Assembly: GCA_951406725.2 (NCBI GenBank)
Contig: OX597825.1
Span: 46,562,001-46,626,000 of the forward strand
Length of the DNA stretch: 64,000 bases
Source of the DNA: Octopus vulgaris
Taxonomy: Eukaryota
Reading direction: 5' to 3'
In this document: positions 56,101 to 64,000 of the stretch, in pieces
Position numbering within the stretch: the first letter of the stretch is position 1
Layout: each line of letters starts with the position of its first letter
Notes under the pieces: generated by a model
What the model was told of the DNA's origin: nothing
What the model saw: the letters and a program-made list of their open reading frames with translations, nothing else
The model's database searches: none
Position numbers and translations under genes: made by a program

Positions 56101-58175
56101 ATTAAAGAAAAGACTATTGTCTATAAAGTATACAATGTAGAGAAAAAAGGTCGTGGTTTTTTTTCGGCTCCTGAAATTCGGTAAAAAAGAACAAAAAGCG
56201 TTGTTGTTGTTGTGGAAATTCTGAACGGCGTTGACGCGGTTTCGCGTTTCGCTCGTTCAGCGCGTTACACTTTTTCTGTTTTGGCGGCCGTTCTCGGTCT
56301 GTCAGACAGAAGGAAATGGACTATGAGTCTCTAACAGACTTGTCCACGACAGATGAGGAACTGGAACAGGCAATTGCAATGAAGCTGATGGAAGAAAAGG
56401 CTGGAATTTTCGAGTCTTTATCAGACCTGCCTACGTCTGAGAAAGAGCTAGAAATGGCAGCAAGGAATTTGGAAGAGAAGCTGGGTTATACCTATGCCGG
56501 TGTAACCAAGAAGGCGGAAGAGAAAGGGGTAGACATGGCCAAGTTGCCAAGTTACCAGAAATACATGAAAAAGGAAAGCGGTGAGGTGGAACTATCACCG
56601 ACACCCAGGAGAAAAGAATGGTATGATAAGAGGACCATTAGTTACAGGGTGTTCGCAAACGAAAGGAAGAGGGCAGAAGTTGTAACCATGGAATGGATAG
56701 AGGAGGCCCTGCGAAGAACTGAGGAGGAAATAAATTTTCTGACTCGAGGATCCAAGTACGGTACCGTAGTTGTGCATTTCAAAACTGAGTCTGCAGCGAG
56801 GAAGATGGCGGCGAAGCCGGTGAAGTCAGAAAAGGTAACCCTATTACCTACGTATTTAAACAGGAGGATTACACGAATAAGGGTGGAGGGAGTGCCACCA
56901 AACGTGGAGGCAGAATGGATTGTGGCGGCTGTGATCAGCGGCCACGAGGACGAAGTGGATATTCTCCATGCCTCGGTTAAGTCCGAGGGCTGGAGAGGCG
57001 TAACAGTGGAGCTGAACGTACAGGCAGAGACCGAGGTACTGGTGGACCTGACGGAAAGCATCAGACTGGGAGACGTGATCATGAGAGTGTGGGTGGAGGG
57101 CAGGGCTCCACGTTGTTACAAGTGTGGCCTGAGGGGTCACATAAGAGCCTTCTGCCCTCCCCCAGGGAAAGAAATGGATTCCGAACCAGAGGAGAAGGAA
57201 ACAGAGGAAGAGAATACACAGAAATGGAAGGAAGTTGGAAGTAAGAGGAAGAGAAGAATACGTGGAAAAAAAGAAAATAATATGGAACTCCAATCTACCC
57301 CAAAACCACCCACACCCTCTGAGTCCCACCCTATCCATGCAGACATTGAACCCACCCGCTCCCCCCCAACAAGAAAACAAAAGAAAAAAAATAATACACA
57401 CACACAAGAGATTGAAAGCGAACCCAGGCCGTACATTTGTACTATGACTGAACAGAAAGAAGTTAAAAGTCTAATGGAAGAGTATAAATGGTATGATGTT
57501 GGAGAGACTAGGTATGCTGTGATTGAAAAGAAGAACATAGGTGAGTTTATGGGGAGGTGTGAAAGGGAGAATTGGGAGGTGAAAGATATAAGAATGAGCG
57601 ATGAATTCGTGGAAAATATGGATGAGTATTTCGGAGTAAGAATGGATATGGAATTTATTCGTATTGGCAAAGAACATTCAAGTGACTATGAAAAACAAAG
57701 GACAAGTAAGTGATGCTGACGGACGGGGCCGTTGGTATCGCTTTCATTTTATCATTTTTTTCGTTTAACAATTCATGTTCATAAAGTTTAATTATAATGT
57801 TCTATGTCCCCATGTTTTGTTATGTCCGCCATTCTTCGTAGCCCCTTAGTGGGTAATAAAGAAATCACATGGAGGAGAGCACCTTTGAAAAGTGTCTTGG
57901 TGCGACTATAAAAGATATCTAATCAGAGGCGGTAAATTCGCCACAATAGAAGCAAGGTTCGAGTCAACGGAGCGTGCAAGGGAGTACTCGACTCAAACTT
58001 GCAAAGTGGAAATATTTTATTTTTACCTTTATATCTGGGACGTTGGACATCCTGGATAAGAATTAAAGATGCCCCCCCCCCCCCAGCAGTAGAAGTAGGC
58101 TGGATTGTAGCAACACTTCTATACAAGAGGGAGGACAAGATACAATTGATCGAAATTACAAGAGACGGGCTAACA
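56101..58175 (+). pseudogene. Decayed LINE ORF1 homolog split by the 56150-57865 insertion
   Basis: Left piece IKEKTIVYKVYNVEKK (56101-56148). Right pieces MEESTFEKCL / YLIRGGKFATIEARFESTERAR / LFLPLYLGRWTSWIRIKDAPP..VEVGWIVATLL (57869-58175). All are colinear with the intact ORF. Confidence 0.7.
56316..57713 (+). CDS. Intact L1/Tx1-type ORF1 (gag-like) protein with RRM-like region and CCHC zinc knuckle; ORF1-only retroelement (~56150-57865)
   Basis: 465 aa open frame with TYAGV, RIRVEGVPP, CYKCGLRGHIRAFC (CX2CX4HX4C) and WKEVGSKRKRR. Followed by a short 3' UTR with AATAAA at 57855 and no ORF2. Confidence 0.85.
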   Translation: MDYESLTDLSTTDEELEQAIAMKLMEEKAGIFESLSDLPTSEKELEMAARNLEEKLGYTYAGVTKKAEEKGVDMAKLPSYQKYMKKESGEVELSPTPRRKEWYDKRTISYRVFANERKRAEVVTMEWIEEALRRTEEEINFLTRGSKYGTVVVHFKTESAARKMAAKPVKSEKVTLLPTYLNRRITRIRVEGVPPNVEAEWIVAAVISGHEDEVDILHASVKSEGWRGVTVELNVQAETEVLVDLTESIRLGDVIMRVWVEGRAPRCYKCGLRGHIRAFCPPPGKEMDSEPEEKETEEENTQKWKEVGSKRKRRIRGKKENNMELQSTPKPPTPSESHPIHADIEPTRSPPTRKQKKKNNTHTQEIESEPRPYICTMTEQKEVKSLMEEYKWYDVGETRYAVIEKKNIGEFMGRCERENWEVKDIRMSDEFVENMDEYFGVRMDMEFIRIGKEHSSDYEKQRTSK

Positions 58176-58632
58176 ATTCCAGTCTGTTATATATTTTGAG
58201 TATTCTTATGACTAGCGATATCAAGATATAACTTTGTATCTTGTATTTTATGTGTAGATGTATATATATAGATGTACATGTAATATGTACACATATATAT
58301 ACACATATATACATACACTAGCACTATGACGCGGCAACGATGGGTCTTTAATGCTAGTTTATAAATAAATCTGTAGCTCATGTAAGCTTGACAAGAAACG
58401 ATTAGAAATACTCAGATAACATACCAAAAAGCAAATTATTTAATAATGTATATGAAAATATATTTAACCTTGCAATGAAGTAATTTTAACTTAAAATTCA
58501 CAAATTAATTTTTTTTTTAATCACTTAAAATTCCAGCATTCATTTTCTCATTCATTCATAACTGTTTTAGGGTCAGTAGTGCAGTATTTCCCTTTATAAT
58601 GTATTTACTTTCTTGTCATATGTACATACATA

Positions 58633-59885
58633 TAGGGTGGATCAGTGTTTTCAGGACACCTCTTTCAAAAACTCTAACTTTTCTTCAAATTTTTTTACCT
58701 TACTTTTCTGATAAATAGCGTCAAAGATCAGACTGACTCAGCAAAGGAAAATGCACAATGTAATCACTGCCTTAAAAGCACAGAGATAGCTTGCTCCTTG
58801 AAAGTCACCTGATCCTTTGTTGTTAAAGTTTGAAAGGATCTGGAAGCTGCTGACGGGGGTCTTATGTGATGTGCATAAACTATTGCAGCTGCAAAATGCA
58901 TTCACAGGGTCCTAATACCATCATAACACATAACTTAGTACAAAAAGTCCAAGAAATAATCGATAACCCCTCCCACCACCACCACCACCACCACCGCAAG
59001 GAAATCAGTCAAAGCCATTGCAAAGGACCTCAAAGTTTAAGAATGTACCATCAGAAGAGTTGTGCATAAGGATATTTGCTACAAATTGAATATGATGTAG
59101 AAGGGTTAGTTTATTCTAGATATGACAGAGAGTCATTTGATCTGCACAAAATGCTAGCTAAACAAGTTAAAATACCAAGAGGCTGGAATGCTTAGGTGTT
59201 CCTCTAATGAAAAAAACTTTGATCAAGACTAAAAGATAAACCAAAGGAATGACACATGGTTTTGCAGAGACTGAATAAGGTTCCAATGATCATGCATACT
59301 AATTTCTGAGCGACTTTGATGGTTCTGGGAGATGTCATGTCTCTTCTCTTTTTTTCACAAGACTTAAGAGTCAATGCTGCTGTCCACACAGAGATGTCGG
59401 AGAAAGTTGAAAGGCCTTGGATAGACAGAGCACACAATGGGCCACCATATGTCTTACAACTGGATTCTGCACCATCTCATAAAACCAGGACAACCCAACA
59501 TGGATATGTGTCAGTCTCCATGATCACGTTCTCCCAGACACATGGCCTCCTAGCTCATCAGACCTTAATCAACTGGACTATTATGTATGGGGCAGAGTTG
59601 AGAGAGAGATCAGTTAACACTCCCATAACACCATACCATCTCTCAAGTTTATAACCAGCACTATGTCCAAAATCGATAAAGATAATTTATTTAGGATGTC
59701 AAAAGTTCCAACCCTGCATTGAAGCAACCATTGATGCTAACAGTGGATTCATTAGATAGATGTGATAAAGGGATTCTCATGATTATACAAATAATCAATT
59801 TGTTTTCAAATGCAGGTTTTCTTTGATGAGCTATGCAGCTTTTTCTAAATCCATACAAATGACCTCCAAAACTGATGCACCCTGT
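58633..59885 (+). mobile_element. Decayed maT (DD37D-type) Tc1/mariner transposon
   Basis: TA|TAGGGTGGATCAGT ... ACTGATGCACCCTG|TA TIRs. Motifs SNEKNF, YVLQLDSAPSHK and WPPSSSDLNQLDYYVWG. Confidence 0.85.
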
Positions 59886-61203
59886 ATATTTAAGTGTGTG
59901 CAATGTATTTTCTCTCTCACAACGTTTTTGTGTGTAATTATATAGTTTCTCTTATAATGTATTTAAGCAGTGTATGGTCTTAAGTAAAAAACCTCAAGCA
60001 CTATTTTATAGTCCCTAAGTAAGCCCTTTTCGTCTTCTTCTAAATCTAGTTGGCCTTGGATATTTGAGGATCTGGGTAAATGGTGGTTCAGCTGAACGGT
60101 AATACTTGATTTGTGCAGCTGATAATGTGCAAGAGCAATTTTCCTACAGGCAAACACCCCTGCAAATCCTCTTCTTTGCAGATGCTGTCTCCCAGCTCCC
60201 TACTCACTCTTTCCATCCCATCTGCATACTTAGAGCAGCTCCAGTGAATGTAGGCCCATTGAAAAGTAGTTCTAGTGAGACTGTTTAAATGCTAGAATAG
60301 AGGCATGTAGATGTGTGCTGCATGCAAGAAAATGAAGGGGAGCTCCATCTTACTTCACCTACGAGGTGTCTGACCTCACAGGCAAAGAACATGTTCTTTG
60401 CCTGTGAGGTCAGACACCTCGTAGGTGAAGTAAGATGGAGCTCCCCTTCATTTTCTTGCATGCAGCACACATCTACATGCCTCTATTCTAGCATTTAAAC
60501 AGTCTCACTAGAACTACTTTTCAATGGGCCTACATTCACTGGAGCTGCTCTAAGTATGCAGATGGGATGGAAAGAGTGAGTAGGGAGCTGGGAGACAGCA
60601 TCTGCAAAGAAGAGGATTTGCAGGGGTGTTTGCCTGTAGGAAAATTGCTCTTGCACATTATCAGCTGCACAAATCAAGTATTACCGTTCAGCTGAACCAC
60701 CATTTACCCAGATCCTCAAATATCCAAGGCCAACTAGATTTAGAAGAAGACGAAAAGGGCTTACTTAGGGACTATAAAATAGTGCTTGAGGTTTTTACTT
60801 AAGACCATACACTGCTTAAATACATTATAAGAGAAACTATATAATTACACACAAAAACGTTGTGAGAGAGAAAATACATTGCACACACTTAAATATACAG
60901 GGTGCATCAGTTTTGGAGGTCATTTGTATGGATTTAGAAAAAGCTGCATAGCTCATCAAAGAAAACCTGCATTTGAAAACAAATTGATTATTTGTATAAT
61001 CATGAGAATCCCTTTATCACATCTATCTAATGAATCCACTGTTAGCATCAATGGTTGCTTCAATGCAGGGTTGGAACTTTTGACATCCTAAATAAATTAT
61101 CTTTATCGATTTTGGACATAGTGCTGGTTATAAACTTGAGAGATGGTATGGTGTTATGGGAGTGTTAACTGATCTCTCTCTCAACTCTGCCCCATACATA
61201 ATA
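59579..61203. repeat. Spacer-less palindrome, ~812-bp arms, centre 60391/60392
   Basis: GGCAAAGAACA|TGTTCTTTGCC centre with mirrored identical ORF pairs. The only difference noticed is an A6 vs T5 homopolymer. Confidence 0.97.
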
Positions 61204-62450
61204 AAAAATGAGAAGGCAACAGTGATGGTGTAGAGTGTGTGGGCATAATTTTAGCTGAGAATGGGTTGATAAAATGATTAAGGTAGTCACAGTGTGCAAC
61301 AGTTTAGACTAGTCTTGAAAAGTATACAACAACAACTATTATTTCTGCCTATGCTCCTCAACTGAAACTATCATAAAAACAAAAGGATCATTTTTAAAAA
61401 GCCCTTTTACAGACCACCTTGATGACAGTTTGCATGGAGGCTATGGATTTGATTCCCAAAATGAGGTGAGGACAAGGCTGATGAGAGTCATCCAAATCAT
61501 GGAGTGAATGGTACTCACCAAAGAGTTTAAGACTGGTTGCACATGAGAGCTCCCCTAAGCTGTTGACTTTGTTTTTTTTTTAGCTGAATCTGGTACAGAA
61601 TTAGAAGAGAGATTCCAAGTGTGGAAGCAAAACCTGGAGTCAAAGGGCTTTAAAGTTAACTTAGCAATGACCAAACTTCTAGTAAGTAGGAAAATAGACA
61701 CTAATCCCTACAGGAAAATGGCCCTGCTTGATATGTAGAAAAAGTATAGGTAGAAATTTCATGAGGTGTACCCATTGCAAAGTATGGACAGTGAAATCAA
61801 ATAAAGGTTAACAGAGAAAGCAGACTTTGTGTGTAGCAGATGCACAGGAAAAATAAACACTAAGAAGACACATGAATCAGATTTCCTCAAATTCCCAGGA
61901 GAATCCTAAGAGATAATAGATAGTTTCTGTTACCTAGGTGACCTAATTAGCAATGAAGGAGGGTGATCTGAAAGTATAGTCACTAGAATAAGAACTGGCT
62001 GGAGGAAGCTCACAGAAATATTCTGTTGGTAAAAAAATTCTCTTTCTATGAGTGAAAGGTAAATTGTATGATGCTTGTCTATGAACAGCAATGCTACATG
62101 GTAGTGAAACTTGAGCTGGGAATGTAGAAACATGTGAAGGTTAGAAAGAAATGAAACTAGCATGCTGCATAGGATGTGCAATGTTAATGTGGATATATGA
62201 CAAGGTGAAAATGTATTGAGAGAAATACTGAGCATAAGAGGCATCAGAAAATAGTGTGCAAGAGAGAAGATTGCGCTGATATAGTCATGTAATGTGCATA
62301 GACTATTACAGCTGCATAAAGAAGTGTTGATCACTAAATGTGGATAGAATTTGTTGAAGAGGGAGATGAAGTGGGATGAAGTAGTGAAAAATGACCTCAA
62401 GATGTTAAATTTCATGGAGGAGATGACAAAGGACCTTGATAATTGATTTT
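61204..62450 (+). mobile_element. Decayed RTE-type LINE (RT and C-terminal region)
   Basis: WKQNLESKG..KVNL..TK, GKWPCLICRK and FCYLGDLISNEGG..RIRTGWRK motifs with frameshifts. Confidence 0.8.
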
Positions 62451-63348
62451 CTTACTCAACAGATTCATCCATCTAAGTAAAAAATGAGGCTCTAAAAGCA
62501 AATCATTTACATTTAATTTCCTGCACCTAATCTGTCCTCAATGACTCTCTCTCTCCATGCTACATCTCATCTTCCTAATACCCACCCCTCTATCACTCTT
62601 TTGACTATGACACAACTCACTCAGCTGCTGTAATTACGAGAGTGGAACTGCACATATTTCATCCCCTCACCTGGAACCACTTTCTTTGTCTCACACATTC
62701 TCAGTGTCATTCCTTATCATGTTACTTTCCACTGAACATCCTTTCCACCACCCATTTGCCCTCTACACCTCTCATTTCACCAATGGCAGTTTCTCCCATT
62801 ATTTCTGTTTGTCTTCCACCTTTTTGTGCCTCTGACTTCGTCCTTGGCACTCTTGTACCTCACTCACACACTTCACATCATCTTTTATGTCACATTTTAC
62901 CTCCCTAACAACACTAACTTTCTCCACTTGCCCCTCCAACTGAAATTCATGATTGACTGCACCTCTAATCATGTAGACTGTAGAATATTTACTTAGTGAT
63001 TCTCTATAATTACTTTGGCAAGAACGGTTATGTCTATGTGTCACCAATGAAGTCATGCGAAGACCAAACATGTCCAGAGTTGTTAACCATGTTTGCCTAA
63101 ACAATTAAAACAATACTAATCTTTGACTGATTTTGTTTATTATCTTCATTGTATAATTATTTCTAGTTGACTTTTAATACTACATATATATATGTTAACA
63201 CTATTTTATCTGACTGTCTGTCTATTAATCTTTTTATCTACACATTTGTCTGTCTGTCTATCTACCTGTCCATCCATCCATCCATCCATCCATCCGTCTG
63301 TCTGTCTGACTACCTTATCACATAGTTTTAGTAAACTAATTAATATTC

Positions 63349-63545
63349 GTCATCATCATTATTTAATGTCTGTTTTCCATACTGTTATAGGCTGCATAGT
63401 TTGACCGGAGCCAACAAACCAAAAACTGTGCCAAATGCCAATGTCTGTTTTGGCATGGTTTCAATAGCTGGATGCCCTCCTTAATGCCAACTACTTCACA
63501 GAGTGTACTGTGGGCTTTTTACATGGCATCAGCACTAGTGAGGTC
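63349..63545 (-). mobile_element. Diverged SINE with RTE-type tail
   Basis: CATCATCATTATTTAATGTC...GCTGGATGCCCTCC..AATGCCAAC family motif. Confidence 0.6.
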
Positions 63546-63856
63546 ACTGATATTCTATGTAATAGATTTGCCAATTTTGATAAAAATCTAAGTAAATTTG
63601 AAACTTATCTGATTGTTCAATGTATGTTCTTACTTTGTCTTTGACATTCACTTCTGAAAATGTTTTGCAAGAAAAATTTCAGTCATACTAAATGTGACTT
63701 CATGTCCAGAATTAATTATTTTTGTTTCATATTGCATTGTAGTTGTGAAATTAATTTCTACTAACAATTATATAATCTTAACAAAATAAACTTAGAAAGT
63801 ATTTTCAATCTTCTTTAGAAAAGATGCAAGTTAATATTAATATTTGTTTCCAATAG

Positions 63857-63908
63857 ATATCCCAGCAGTCATGTTCCAGTTACCACTTTTCCATGACGAC
63901 CTGCCTTT
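63857..63908 (+). CDS. M13 metallopeptidase, exon j (YIPAVMFQLPLFHDDLP)
   Basis: TAG/GTAAG boundaries, 52 nt, phase 1/2, matching the previous exon. Aligns to neprilysin VFPAGILQPPFF. Confidence 0.9.
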
Positions 63909-64000
63909 GTAAGTTTTTTTTAATTCTCAATCATGCTCTTCCTCATTATCATCATTCCTGCCTCTTGTTCTATTTAAAACTCTTGATGCTATATTCTTAC

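Larger units (their letters stand above)
55617..58357 (+). mobile_element. Helitron-like element containing LINE ORF1-derived cargo
   Basis: A|TCTTTATATATATAAAAC 5' end shared with 37854. Degenerate hairpin GACGCGGCAACGATGGGTC followed by CTAG|T at 58354-58358. Confidence 0.7.

Noticed and set aside
56595-57677. Antisense ORFs overlapping the ORF1 gene
   Set aside because: Shadow frames of a purine-rich coding strand, with no independent motifs.
60106-60677. Pairs of identical ORFs on opposite strands
   Set aside because: A trivial consequence of the palindrome, with no recognisable protein motifs.

Overview
Eukaryotic, AT-rich, microsatellite-dense DNA. The repeat families resemble those of an octopod cephalopod (inference from SINE/LINE types). 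The window holds one host gene: ten small + strand exons (18872-63908) that splice in frame with consistent phases into the middle of a divergent M13 (neprilysin/ECE-like) zinc metallopeptidase. Its N-terminus and the catalytic HExxH region lie outside the window. Almost everything else is transposon-derived: a recent 5'-truncated CR1/L2-group LINE, several Penelope-like elements with inverted pseudo-LTRs and hammerhead-ribozyme motifs, Tc1, mariner, maT and piggyBac DNA transposons, non-autonomous Helitrons, Gypsy, R4/Dong and RTE remnants, and SINEs. The most notable observations are: an intact ORF1-only (HAL1-like) retroelement inserted co-directionally into a decayed homolog of its own ORF inside a Helitron (55617-58357); a series of hammerhead-like motifs; a Helitron carrying a captured piggyBac segment; and a ~1.6 kb spacer-less palindrome that may be an assembly artefact. 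Protein family comparisons are from recall, not database searches.
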